Positions 1-13,499 of a stretch of DNA of 64,000 nucleotides are shown here, piece by piece. Position numbers and translations under genes: made by a program. Position 1 is the stretch's first letter. Each line of letters starts with the position of its first letter. The notes beneath the pieces were generated by a model. The model was given only the letters and a program-made list of their open reading frames with translations. It had not been told where the DNA came from and made no database searches. Source of the DNA: Epiperipatus broadwayi (taxonomy: Eukaryota; Animalia; Onychophora); assembly GCA_028023455.1 (NCBI GenBank), contig JAQFVV010000003.1:4030001-4094000 (forward strand), given 5' to 3'.

Positions 1-520
1 CCAAGAGAAATGTTACTGGTACACTTAAATCTACTCCCTTGCAAGTTGTTTATAAAAGTGTATAAAAAGCTATTAGGCAGATTGGATTTGCCAGTAAATC
101 AAGATATAGTTTTACTATTTAAGACTAGAAATCAAAACAATCTTTTCTTTTTTGGATATTCAATCAAGAATCTAAAATCAACAAATTGTGGCATAAAAAT
201 GGAATTCTCATTAGATTCCAAACAAATTTCTTTTTCCAATCCAACAATAAGACCAGCTAGATTTTATTTTCCTAGATACAATTGGCAACATACCAACAGA
301 TTTAGGATGTCCCATGATCATTGTGCTCATCTGCTTTATAAATAGAATTTATCCACCACTTATCTATGTAAATGTGGACAAACATGTACTGTGAAACACA
401 TAGTTAATAACTGCCAAATTGATGGTTACGATGGAAGAAGTGAAGTACTTAATTAATAAAACCACTGATGAATCTATTTTCTGGTTAGAATCTACATGTT
501 TTATTATATTTTATTACTAG
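1..520 (+). mobile_element. 3' end of a decayed non-LTR retrotransposon ORF2 (C-terminal Zn-finger; Ingi/Vingi-like)
   Basis: Translates as WQHTNRFRMSHDHCAHLLYK*NLSTTYLCKCGQTCTVKHIVNNC, matching the LINE C-terminal LNRFRxGHGRC...CxCG...HIVxxC pattern; homologous fragment at 22.2-22.45 kb. Confidence 0.6.
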
Positions 521-1436
521 GTAAGCTGTCTAAAAAAATTTATATGCTAAATAAAATAATTTCATATTTATTTAATGTTTTTATTATTGTAGTCATATGT
601 TGATGCCTTTCAATCAATAACTATGACAAAATAGAATGCACGGGAACTGTACAATGTTTATTAGTAAGCAGTTTATACCCTACATTTTTTTATTTATTAT
701 TATGTTTAGTTAAATATTTATTCATTATCATTATTTCTCGATCTTAAATTGTTTTATTGTAAAAAAAAAAAAAAAAAAGCGTTATAATTGTATTATAAAT
801 GAAACTTTATATATGATATTTTGATTTATATCAGTTTTGGGAAACACATTGTTTTATTTTTAATTGTTTTGTATATATACAGTATATCTAATAACACTTT
901 TAATCAATATTACCATTAGCTGGGAAGGTGAAGCAATTGTCCCAGGCTCCATACTTAGCGATTTCTGCATTTTTATAAAAATTAAATGAATTAAACGTAA
1001 TAATTTAAACAAAGTATATTTTATGAAATAATTGTGCTTCATTGTGAATCTCGAGATAATAAACATACAACTATTAAAATAGATCTTCATCATGAAGTAA
1101 AAAGGCAAGATTCTCTGTTTCAATATTATTAATTTTGTAGGGTGTCATTGTTCACAATACCGCGATAAATGAAGCAATCGATTATCTGCTAATAAATGAA
1201 TTGTTTCGGTGCACCAATGTTTCAAACTTACGTAATATTACTATTGCACAAAGTTAGCAAAAGTTATTTACCATGGGTTAATTTTATTAACACAATTATA
1301 TTTCAATAATTATTCTTATTTCATTAATTATTTAACACAATTAATCAAATATTTATATATAAAATAAAATTTAAAAAGTGATAATATTACAGTAAAGTAA
1401 TTAAATTAAAAATAATTTAACAAAAAAATTACATAG

Positions 1437-1715
1437 TATCTAAAATTTAAAAGACTGCTTTATTTTTTAAATTTAAAAAACCAGTCTTGACTAGTTTCGA
1501 AATTCATGTCAGCATCTTCCTACTCTTTGTAAGTTTTCAAGGAGTTAGCTGTTTCAGGAGCACAAGAAATAATGGCACTACTTCTCTCTCTATAATTTCT
1601 CTGATTGAAGATTCATTCTTTTGAAACATTTGCCCCACTTTAAAATACAACGTATCATTTCTTATTAAATCAATGATTTTTATTTTCTCACTTATTGAAA
1701 GTACTTTATGATTTT
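1437..1715 (-). pseudogene. Tigger/pogo-family transposase N-terminal fragment (HTH/CENP-B-like), frameshifted and internally deleted
   Basis: Minus strand gives HKVLSISEKIKIIDLIRN...VGQMFQK/NESSIREIIERE and then NFETSQDWFFKFKK*SSLLNFR, resembling the Tigger motifs KVLxxSEKxKxxDLIR, KNESSIREI and FxASxGWFxxFK. Confidence 0.7.
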
Positions 1716-3412
1716 ATTTTTGATTTATCACTCATTATTCTACACAATATTTTACTAAAGATATGATATGCAATATAAAACTTTTGGAGAAAAAAAAAAT
1801 GCAAAAAAAAAAAAAATCTGTACATGTGCTTACAACTACTATCGTTCTTAACTGTATTTAAATTGTGACGAAAATGTGATTAAATAAATTTATGTTTGAG
1901 ATTTGAGAATTTTATATTGACCAATTTAAAAAAAGGTTGCCATCATACCGAAACAAAACGTAATTAAATAAATTCACATTTGAGATTTGAGAACATGATA
2001 TTTAGTGAGGGAAAAAATGGCGACAATCCCAAGATTCATAAAATTTAATAAGTTTGTATATTTCAATGTTTTTATTATTTATTTCTTTACATTTTTTATA
2101 GCATATAACTGAAGTCATGAATTTTGATACAGCTTAGTTGGTGACTTCACTGTATTTACAAAAAATGTTATAATAAATAAAACGTAAAGAAGAATATGTG
2201 TGTTTGATAAACTTCATCTTGATATAGCTAGAAATGAAGCTTCATTTTTGGCTTATAGGTGTCAGATTAATGTTATTGAATGAAGTGATACACAGTTTGC
2301 ACATCCAGTTTTTAATTGGTTGATTGCTTGTTTGCATCTTGACTGAGTCAAAATCCATAGAAAATCTCATTAACCTTTTGATACTTTTATTTATAAAGAC
2401 CATGAAAATTTTCTATTTTTACAATCAGCTCTTTATGGAAGAGGATTGTTTACTTTTGCGTGTATTTGAAAAGTCTGATTATTTTAAAACTTTCATACTT
2501 ATAATCAATTCTTTTTTGAACACCCCCTTATTTATAAATCTAGAATATCTAGAAGTGAAGTTTTTCTATCAGTTCATAGATGCCAGATCAGTACAAATGC
2601 TGTTGCTGAATGAATTGATTCAGTTTCCCTATCTAATTTTAATTGTTTGCTTGATTGATTACATCTTAGCCGAGTTCTAAGTAAAGGAATACATGGAAAA
2701 ATCTCAATAAATTTTAATAAGTTCATAAACATATATATATATACAAATCTATTTATAAATGAAATAAACTATATGTATATAGAGATGACACATGTCTCTA
2801 CACATATAAAACACAATAAAAATTTTTACACACAATTCACACAACAATTAACTACTAATTGAACAAGAATACATAAATGTAAAATTATATAGTTTATTAG
2901 AATGTGTATAGATTTGTACAATGTTCTACATATGCAGAGATATAAGTATTCACAACTGTATATATATATATATATATACTATATTTCAGCTCTAAATAGA
3001 TATTTGTATATAATATAATGTGATTATTAAAAAAGATATATATTTTGTACAAATCAACATTAAATACAAATAATAATTATAAATGCATGAGGAAGAGGGC
3101 ATCAATATTCTTTTTTTTTTATTGCTATATAATGTATATTGTATAAAATAGTTATATGAGAAAAAGGAATGAAAGGGGAAAAAGTTGTTATATAGGAAAG
3201 GGATGGCAAAAAAAAGTAAATGTACTAAAGAATATAATATATTTTGTGGTGCAACCGTTTGTAGTTTATTAAATTAATTATATGCAAAAAAACAACATAA
3301 TGGATTATATTCATTTTTATTTTACAGTGATACTTTAATTTACTCTAATCTGAACTTAATATGTATTATATTTAGATATTATAAAAGACTTTGGGGGAAA
3401 TTATTATACTTT

Positions 3413-3502
3413 TTTTTTAATATGTCAAAGCGTGGAGGGAGCGAACCCGGGACAACTGCTTATAAGACAGCTGTGCTAACCACCCAGCCACCAACGCTTG
3501 AC
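3413..3502 (-). mobile_element. tRNA-derived short retrocopy/SINE with A-tail and 14-bp TSD
   Basis: Minus strand GTCAAGCGTTGGTGGCTGGGTGGTTAGCACAGCTGTCTTATAAGCAGTTGTCCCGGGTTCGCTCCCTCCACGCTTTGAC plus A-run; A-box TGGCTGGGTGG, B-box GGTTCGCTCC; direct repeat aattattatacttt at 3399-3412 and 3503-3516. Confidence 0.8.
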
Positions 3503-4969
3503 AATTATTATACTTTGAGTTCTATTATATCTATTGCCTTTACTTTCAAATGATACTGTAAATTATATACATCCTTAACACATACAGTTTACAAATATGC
3601 ACATTAAATCAACAAAACTAATTAACAACAACAAAAAAAGGATAAAACAATTATGAGAAAAACATTATATTAAAACTGTCTCACATTGGCTATGTAAAAT
3701 AAGATGACAGCTGAGAGATGATCCATGGCGATACTCATACATGCAGGCACATATATAAAATGTATAAATTATAATTATGAATTTCTATATATTTGTTTTG
3801 TTTTTAATTACTATTTTTTCAAATCTTCGGTTGCTGAAACCAGGAACAATGAAAGTATGAATGGAAAAAGGAAACACTTGTAATTAATAAACTTGTTTTA
3901 TTTATATAATAATGATAGAAGTATAGAGAAGGGAATAAACCGTCAGTCAAATGCTATATAAATAGACTATTTATTACAATAATAGAAATAATAATTTATT
4001 TTTTATTAAGTAATATATATGTAAAGTAAAATAATTCCAGGAAGACACGTGTGTGAGATACTTATATGAGAAATCATTCATAAGAGTTATTAAATTCCAA
4101 AATTTTTTTTTTTAAAAAAAGGTGTATATATTAATCATGTATAAAACATACAGTGAATAAATTCACTAAGTTTAATACAAAATACAAAATAAACAATAAT
4201 AAATTATAAATATAGAAAATAGCTTTATTGTATAAGAAGAAAAAATAAAACAAAGAAGAATATAAATTTACACATTAATCGTGTGCAATACATACAAATG
4301 TTAATAGATAGTATGATAACCAAAGTTTTCAAACATTTTTTTTAAATATACAAAATGATATATGGCCAACACTTATTGAATAGACAGCAATAAAATAATT
4401 AAACATGCTGCCACCATTGTAACTGAATTATCTCCGACTACTTTCCAACCTAAAATCTGGCAATCTCAACTGAAAGTTTTTAATTAAATGAGTTTTTAGA
4501 ATGATCATTTTATGATATAAAAGGAAATAATAATGATATATATATCAATAATCACTCTATACTTATACAGCTTAACAACAGACAATACAGAAAAATTATC
4601 ACAAATACCAAAAATAATATACATGTTATAATCTTGCAAGCTAAATAATGAGGATAGAATGTAAACAGTAGAACCATCCCAAATAGAGATATTACAAAAC
4701 AATACTCATTAATAACAAGGAATATAAATAGTCATCAGAGCAGATCTAGACAAGAATTTCATTAATTAATTTTACATAACTGATCATACAAATAAGCAAT
4801 ATGATTTGTCCAAGATAGCCTAGAATAAATAAAACTGCCCAAATAATTATAGTTACCAACAAAAATGATGTAATATAGATATTATTGCAATGATTCTTGT
4901 ATTGATTACAAATAGTGATAATAAATGTATAGAAGAATATAAGAAAAGAGAACACCTTTCATTTTATTT

Positions 4970-7057
4970 TGATTGATTGTCAAACAGAGTGGCTTAATCC
5001 AGTTATTAATTAATGCCAGAAATCAGCAGCACAAGATACTAGTGGCCCAAACTCCTGAACAACTCTGGAATGCTCTCAAAGAACTCCTAGATAAATTCAA
5101 AGCCTCTGGTATTAAAATTAACTGGGAAAAGTCCATATTTGAAGTTAGAGAACTTGAATTTCTTTGGTATAAAATAAATGCTAGTGGTATTTACCTAACT
5201 CAAAAGAATGTGATGGTAATAAAGGAAGGAAAGCACCAAAACATCAGAAAATAAGAAGGAACTTCAGTTCTTTTTAGTACTAAACTATTATGAAGGCTTC
5301 TTATACCATAAAATGAAGGCTGCTGAAGCACTTTATAGGCTACTAGACAAAAAAGCAACCTGGAAGTGGGACAGTAAGCACAACAAAGCATTTAAGATGC
5401 TAAAGAATCTAATATCAGCTACTACAGTACTGACACACTTCAACCCAGAAAGAGTGCTAGTGCTGAGTTGTGATTCATCAGTAGGAACAGGGGCAGTACT
5501 GTCTCATAGGAACAAGGATGGGACACAGTCCTACAGCTTTTGCTTCAAAGTGCCTCTCTAGAGCTGAGAAAAACTATGCTCAAATAGGTAGAGAGGCCCT
5601 GGCTTTGATCAATGGCATCAAAAAGTTCCACGACTACCTATATGGTAGACTATTTATTTTTCAGACAGATCATAAACCCCTTGTGGGGATTTTTCCATCT
5701 GAAAAGGGAATCTCATAGCATGCATCACCATGAATGCTGCAGTGGTTCAATTTCCTATCAGGCTATGACTTTACCTTCAATACATTGAGGGAAAGCATAT
5801 CTATCCCTCACATAGATGCATTAAGCTGACTGCCTGCAGAAGTGACAGACAGTCCAACATCAATATGTCAATCAGTTAACGTGATTGATCTAGACCAACA
5901 ATACCACTGAACAGCAAATCAATGGCAGGGTGTACTAACAATGACCCAGGATTCCAAAAGCTACAAAAATAGATTCAATAAGGTTGGCCCCATAAAAAAA
6001 CTAGTTGAGTTACACTCAGCCTACTGGATGCATAGGTTGGGTCTCTCAACAGAATATGGCTATATTATCTGGAGAACCAGAGTTGTGATTCCCCCAGCTG
6101 GATGTTGTTCTCAATCTGTTGCACTATTAGCACCCAGGAATAGTCTGGATGAAGATTCTGGCAAGACTGTGTGTTGGCCTACACCAAAGCTAAAGTCCAC
6201 CACTGCTGGCAAGGCAAGACAAATCAGAATATGCCAGAAAAAGACAACAGTCCAGTAGCCCAAACTCCATCTGGACAATGCTGGTCTATGGAAAGGTAAA
6301 CTGCTGATAATGGTTGATTCATTCTCCAAGTGGTTAGAAGTTGTGGAGATACAATCACCTCACTCCATAGCCATGATAGAAGCTCTGAGAGGGCTACTTG
6401 ACATACATGGTCTTCCTAAAACACTAGTGACTGATAATGGCACAGCTTTTTCAGTTGGTGCATTCAAAGTTTTCTGCACTAATAACAACATCGAATTTAT
6501 AAACAGCCCTCCAGGCAGAGAGATTGGTATAAGAAGCTAAAAAGCTGATTACAAAAATGGATACAGGAAGTTGGAATACCAGAATTGGCTGGACTCTGCT
6601 AGTGCAGCACTCCACTCCAAGCACAGTAACAGTGAAGACTCCTGCAGAACTGTTATTCAACAGACCCTCAAGAATTATGCTATTGACCCTGAAACCTGAT
6701 TTCAAACTTGAACAAGAAGATAAAAACAAAAAACTCCCAATAGGGACACAAGTATTATGCCATAGGTATTCAGGTCCATAAGATGTATACCTGCAGTGGT
6801 GATTCAAATAAAGGGTTTCTACACTGTCATTGTGCAAACAGAAGATGGTCATTATTATCATTGCCATCACAACCAGCTAAGACTCAACCACATGTCAGAA
6901 GCTAACAAGAGCAGTGGTCAACCTGGGATAAGTTCATCAAATGAAGATGAAAACAGGAACAGCAATCAACTGGAGAAACTAACAAAATGGACAATATGTC
7001 ATCCAGTACAACTTGATGATTATGTCATTCAGGGCTAATTTTATCCAGAGATAGTGA
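4970..7057 (+). mobile_element. Ty3/Gypsy LTR retrotransposon pol remnant (RT end, RNase H, integrase), many stops and frameshifts
   Basis: ORF fragments LVLSCDSSVGTGAVLSH, SRAEKNYAQIGREALALINGIKKFHDYLYGRLFIFQTDHKPLVGIF (RNase H); VDSFSKWLEV, GLPKTLVTDNGTAF (integrase); TPAELLFNR. Confidence 0.92.
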
Positions 7058-7640
7058 TGTCATATCTGACCTTGCCTTTAGAAGTGGACTAATTCCTTAC
7101 TGATTGGCTAGCACTCAGTTACTAGCCACAGAAACTAAATCCTTCACTGGGGTTCACACACCAAATCCACGTTTCCAGTAAGGTAGGAGATCTGCCATTA
7201 AATAGTCAACCTTTTGGAAGCAAGGCATAGAGCAATTACTTCTGTCAACCTGAAAGACTGAATGTGCTCTCCAATAAACCTTCCGCCATCAGCAAGAGTA
7301 ATCTTTCTAACTCATAATCATGACATTCATGCAGTGAGGCAAGTCCACCTACAGACTGAAAACTGCTATATCTGCACTCAATTTGAGGCAAGCTAAATAC
7401 ATATATGGAAGTCTTACCAGAGCTCATGAGGTAGGCTAATCATTTAGCTGGAAGTGAGTTCCATACTCGGCATGACTACCTCAGCATTAACTTGTATAAA
7501 CCATATATGTATATTATTGTTTAACTAACAATTTGTATATTTTTAGTATTAATAAAGTGTACATATTAGTTGTTGAGTAGTTGTTCTTTTTGTGTCTGTT
7601 GGTTTGGAACCGAACCTATAAGCCTAACTAAACACAACAA
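7058..7640 (+). mobile_element. Probable 3' LTR of the Gypsy element
   Basis: Begins TGT right after the purine-rich ccagagatagtga downstream of the integrase; contains AATAAA near 7550 and ends in ...cacaaca; no second LTR seen in the window. Confidence 0.55.
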
Positions 7641-7819
7641 TAACATTATGTATTTTAATAGCCTATGCTATTAAGAAAAAATATTTTTGCATGTGCTATG
7701 CATATGTTTTCAAATAGTTGAAAACATGCTTACCATTGCTGGATATTATAAATAATAATCTATTTCAAACACAGAAAATGTGTTTTATACTTTTTATCTA
7801 ATTATTGTATCTGTTTATA

Positions 7820-8860
7820 ACAAGGTGATGTGATGTGTTGCATTTTGGCTTCTCCTTAAACAAAGTCAAGAATATCTCAGCAATTATGCCCAGATAAACC
7901 TGTTAGTAACTTTATTTTCCATTCCCCACTCTAAGTCTTCCCATATTCTTCCCCATCCCATTTCCACAACATAATCTTTGTCAACTTTATAGCTTTTATA
8001 TCTAAATCCCCCTTATCTTTTTCCAAACCCAACATAAAAACCAATAATTCACTTTCTGTATAATCATTCTTTTCATATTTATTCTTCCATAACTTCATTA
8101 TATGTACCCTTTCTGTTTTCAAGCATTTACATTCAATTAACAAATGCCTAATATCTTCTATTCCTTCCTTACATAATTTACAAAATAAATCACCCATATT
8201 TTTCCATTTACATGCATATTCACTTGTAGCTAAAGATCCTGTTTGAGCCTTAAATAACAAATTACTTTCCTTACTATTATCATATATTAACTAACACCTA
8301 ATATTCTGTTTATTTCTTTATATATTTAAACTCTTTTTACTCTCCATACTATTTCTCCATCTTTCTAACTCCCTATTCTTTATTAATAAATCTATTCTTT
8401 TATCACATCCCTTACTACTATAACACTCAACAATCCTTTTAACACAATCATCCCATATTTTGTATAAATATACTGATATAAATTCTTTATCCAAATGTTT
8501 GCATACTGAATTACCTTTCTCACCCATCTTGTTACCTGCCCTTTACTCATAACCCAATTAAATACTATTTTGGCTATTCTTTTATTATCCATAAACTGCA
8601 ATCTACCAAACATTTTCATTTTACTTTTTGCATCTCTCATATGAAAACTTGACCATCCCATTTCTCCTTGAATTGCCTACCTTGCTGTCCGTACATCTGC
8701 ATCCAATGCATGTCTTCCTACTTCCCTTTGAACTTTTTCTGAGTAATTTAATACCTCTTTATTAACATATAATGCATCATTACCATATGTTAACCCTGCT
8801 ACTGCAACTGCTTTCCATATAATTTTTTCTGGCTGAAAAAAGGACACAGTCTCCTTCACT
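7820..8860 (-). mobile_element. 5'-truncated LINE, same family as 24600-27058
   Basis: Minus ORFs MLFKAQTGSL...CKLCKEGIEDIRHLLIEC and MGWSSFHMRDAKSKMKMFGRLQF match the 25.6-26.9 kb copy; shared 3' UTR with (CACAT)n tail. Confidence 0.9.
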
Positions 8861-9125
8861 TTCTGTACTCGGCAATTGTGAAAATTTTCCACGCTGAAAC
8901 ATGACTTAGCGTGTGAGCTTTGTCGAAGCATGTTTGAACATACCCTTTGCCAATTTTTTACATATCAACATTTTTTTAGAGAAAGGTGGGGACCATATGA
9001 CAATTATTAGTAATTAACAACATTATTTCAATATACATGACATTACTCTATTATGGAGATTTGAAAAGTTGTACCGACTTAAAATTCAAACACCCTTAAG
9101 CGATACGGTAATCAGCTATGAATAG

Positions 9126-9252
9126 AACAAGGCAAAACTCTCTATACAGTAGTGCCATCCTGTGCAAACCAGAGTAATCAATGGATGCCAGAAGGCTTGC
9201 GCATAAAATCCCTATCCAATGCCTACTCATCCAATATCCCTAGACTAGTTTC
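9126..9252 (-). repeat. Fragment of HHR repeat family 2 (3' half of hammerhead, GAAACTAGTC)
   Basis: Near-identical to the arms at 18991-19115 and 19176-19300; minus strand starts GAAACTAGTCTAGGGATATTGGATG. Confidence 0.8.
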
Positions 9253-9306
9253 TGTCTTTATCTTTGCAAGCTATGGTTTACTAATTTAAATTGAATTGAA
9301 TTAATA

Positions 9307-9423
9307 TTGTTGTTACTATTGTTAATAATGATTATTATTATTGCTGTTATTATTACTATTGCTCCTGATTCTACTCCAACTACTATTATTGCTACTGCTA
9401 CCTCTGCTACTGCTGCTATTGCT
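9307..9423 (-). repeat. Compound trinucleotide microsatellite (AAT/AGC/AGT) forming the 3' tail of the adjacent L1-like element
   Basis: Directly visible; preceded on the minus strand by AATAAA at 9435-9440. Confidence 0.7.
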
Positions 9424-9429
9424 TTTAAA

Positions 9430-12200
9430 GGAAGTTTATTGATATAAATTAATTACATTGAAATACTATTAGAAGTAATAATCAATCATTTTGATTGCAG
9501 ATAATAATTTATCAATAAAGATAAAATACAAAACCACACCCTGAGCATGAATTTTAATAGTTGTCTAGAAATTACAGTGATACAAGCAATGTGACTAAGT
9601 TCCAGGTAGCTGAAAATATGTCTACAGATGCTAAAACTTGGTGTCTGATTTTAATTTTTCCCAATTTGTTATAGAAGAGACATAGTAACTTATGAGATGT
9701 AGGATTAAAGACAAAATGGTACCTTAAAAACCATAGTGTGAAAAGTATGTAGGTGGATATTCTTATACTAGGAAAAAGCCCTCTGTTCATGCCACTGATA
9801 AGGATAGAAAGAGAGTAAGAATTTGTAACTGAACAAATGAGAGTGTGACATATCTGCAATGCAGAAAACTGTAAATAAAATGTTCAATGGTTTTTTCTTT
9901 TCTATGGCATAAGTGGTAAAAGGCATTTTTATTAGCTTTGACCAAACTTCTGGATGAAAGCTATTGGTGGGAAGAGCATTCAGATTTATTTTAATAAGAA
10001 AATCTAGGGATTTGGATTCAAGATACCAATGTTTAAATTTTTGAACAATGTACTTGTTTAAGAAGTTTAGAGTGGATTTTATAATAGTGGCATCTTGATT
10101 TTGGTTGAGTAAGTTACAGGTATCTCTATAGTGAATTTTTTGTTTAAATATTGTATGAATTATTAAGGCAAGAGGCATTATTGATTTGAATGTCATGGTC
10201 ATCTAGGAGTTTACTATTTGTTGGTGGTGGAGTATCTATAGGAGTGGCAGATATAAATTGTATGAGTGTAAGAAAAAATGTCAAGGATCCTGATGATTTC
10301 ATTTATTGCCCTTTGAAAAAAAAAACAGAAATGCAGTGCATAGATAGTTATTAATCTTTGATGGTTTTTGCAAAGATCTTATGCTGATAGCTATTGTATT
10401 TTTATCCCAGACAATTTAGTTTATAAGGAATTAATTTTCTTGGTAAATACATTAGTGAATTTAATAATAGGCCAAACAGTACATAGATTTGAGAAAGATA
10501 AGCATTTAATAAGAACACATATTGAAGGATAGGCTTGAAAAATGGAATTAAAGGTCATTTCTATGGATGTTAGGAGCTTGGTCTGAATAGAGTTTTTCAT
10601 TTTATTGACTAAAAGATGTATAAACTATCTGGGAAATTTATGCGGAGATTCTGTGAAAGGCAAAGTAATGGTTATTCCAGATATAATGTTCCAACAGATT
10701 ATTTAATCATTACAATATGTAGGATGTATTGTTTAGAAGAAAAAATACTTACAAGATCATCAATGTACGAGATATGTTTAATAGATTGAGAATATCAGGA
10801 AGATAGTTTTCAATTTGAATAAGAAGAGGATTTGTGTAAGTAATAAAAAATAAAGCAATTAAAGGTGGACCTTAAGGTATTAAATTATAAGAAGTAAAAC
10901 CAGGTGTTTTTTTACCATTAGAGTTATATGAATTTCTCTCAAGAAACTTTATTAGTGAAATATATGGCTTCAAACTGTGATGTTCAGATGAAGAGCATGT
11001 GTCAGCAGGAACTTCTTACTTGGGAACTAGAACTATCAGTGTTGACGCTTTTGTCAAATCTAGATGAAGATAAATTTTTTTATAGTTTGGCAGAGATAGC
11101 ATGACAGAATTGGGAACTTTAGTCATTGGGAATCTTGAAAGTTTCCATGTATTCTGATAGATAAACGTAGTAGAGAGAAATTTTGTCTTTACTTTGAATT
11201 TTTCTGAGGGTTAGCAAGAATATACAGAACTAATGTAGGAATATTGTGTTGTTTGAGTCCTTATTGAAACTGAGTCAAAATCTGATGTTGTGTACAAATG
11301 TATTGCAACAGGATGAGCCTTCCTAGACTGCCTAACTTGATCAATGATTACTTTGAAGAGCATCACACCAGCAATTGTTGAAGTTTGTTTCTTAGCAAAT
11401 TGTTAAGCAGAAATATTGGGAAGCAGAATAGGTTACATTTTATCCTTGATTAAACCTTCAATAGTGTTAATTAGTAATAAAGTCATTGAGATTGGTCAAT
11501 GTTATTATTTAAAAATGGTATCATTGATATTTGATATAGCTAATCATTTTGTGAAAGGTAATTGAGAAGGTTGTAAATGATATGGATGGTAAAATGGCTA
11601 AGATGAGTGAGAATAAACTTAGGGATTGCATGAAAACCTGGATGGGTACTATTTATAGAGTTTAACCTGAGTGCAATTTGAAATTTATGAAGGTACTTCA
11701 AGAGATTGAAATTTATTTTTGAAATGGTAAAAATTATGTGGCAACATATTTTCTTCAGTGATAATTTGAGAATTTTTAATAATGGAGAAGGGAGTAAGCT
11801 TGTTGCTTCTAGAGCTAAGGATCCAGTATATATAACCTTTGGATCACTTGTGAGGTTGGATTAAGAATATTTCTGCCTTTTTAGTAGAAGGGTAGACAGG
11901 TAATATTTTCTGGATATTTTTATATTCTGTTTTAGATGTAATATGGAGGGTATTCAATCCAGATCACATAATGTGACTTGTAATTTTTGCTGAATTATAT
12001 CTAGTTTTGTTAACATTGAAGTTGGAGATTTATTTTAGCATATTTAATAATGTGAACAGCTGACCTAGTCTAAATGTAACAAGCTAGTAAGCAAAAGGTG
12101 AGTTCTATTTTGCTTTCTTACAAAGGCAATTTTTTTAAAATTCTGGTCATTTAAGATGGATCTGTTGAATCTTTTCAATTTTGAGATGTTTTTAATGACG
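9430..12200 (-). mobile_element. Decayed L1/Tx1-like LINE, related to the 58.6-64 kb elements
   Basis: Minus ORF ...FLIKINLNALPT... parallels ILKINLDALPI at ~59.8 kb; DIFSATW parallels DIYATTW at ~60.16 kb; left end carries a poly(A) signal and tail; right end approximate. Confidence 0.65.
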
Positions 12201-12593
12201 TCATAAGCGATTGACCATAGGAGCAGCAGCAATAGTAGTAATAGTAGTAGTAAAAAATGATGATATTAATACTATAAAATATGATAGTTTTTTTTATCAA
12301 TAGTGACACAAAAAAATGATGGTGCTATATCTTTATAGATAAATAAATATTTATTAATAAAGTTTTATAGTTAAATGTAACTTTCTTAAAGTAGATGAGG
12401 TTGTATTTCCTTTTCATAATTTTAAAATAAAATATGTTATTGAATGTTTGCCTAGAAATTATCATTTTAATGATTTGAAAGTTCATTGAAGTTTATGATG
12501 AAATTCTAAGTGTTGAGGTGATAATTTTTCTCTCTTAATAAAAATGCAATTAAAAGTAAGTAAGCTAGCATGATTATTAAGTTGTATTATAAG

Positions 12594-12683
12594 GTTGTAA
12601 TTACTCAACCAGCTATCAGGCAGAGAACCGAACATCCATACAGATTTAAAAAAAAGGTTTCTCCTATCAAGTACAGACTCACT
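12594..12683 (+). CDS. Candidate internal exon of an unidentified host gene (VVITQPAIRQRTEHPYRFKKKVSPIKYRLT)
   Basis: AG acceptor at 12592-93, 90-nt open frame, GTAAGT donor at 12684; no homology recognised. Confidence 0.25.
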
Positions 12684-13499
12684 GTAAGTTAGAGATGTCA
12701 TGCCATTCGTTATTTTAATAATTTGCTCTTAAAAAAATTAACTCCATCGTTTTATCTTAATCTCAATCTTATGTATTTTAATTTGTAAATGTGTTTTTTT
12801 CGTAAAACATTATAAAATAAACATTATATTGTACTGGTAATATAATTATTTTTGATTTTAAAATGTCTAATCTGTCTATGTAAAAAAAATTTTTAAGTAA
12901 ACTTCAGTTTCTGTATACAAGTTCTTTTTTATTTTGTTCCTATTGTCTCTGTCTATATTTCTTCATATCATTATTTTCCATTATTATGTATATATAGTAA
13001 TATATTCAAGATTATCTAATGCAACATATATAAGAAAATATGTAAATTTGTTGTTATATATTGGCAACCCAAAATATAACTGGTAGTTAGAAGAATTTTG
13101 CCACAAATGAATTTATAATAATCTAAACCTATATTATACTAGACTCATGAATTTATAAGGCACCAATTAATCTATATGTGGATAATTATTTTGTTTGGCA
13201 AAGAGAAAAAAAAATCAATCAATAAATGGTTTATTATTTAATGAGCATATAGTATAAAATATGTGATCAAGTATTTTAGAAATAAAATAATATGTGTAAT
13301 AGATAAATCAAATGATGGCAAGATTAATAATAAAATATGTTTATTAAGATAAATATCAACTCATTGAATTTATTAAGATGAATAACACTAATTTGGTTGT
13401 AACAATTGCCATATAACATAATCTACTGTATAATCATAATCTGTCCATGCCAGATTGCAAATTCCAAATGCAATCTATATCTAAAGATCATTAAACATG

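Noticed and set aside
4505-4955. Hydrophobic minus-strand ORFs as a membrane receptor
   Set aside because: The I/F/L/Y richness is expected from AT-rich DNA; joining them needs an implausible 30-nt intron and stops remain
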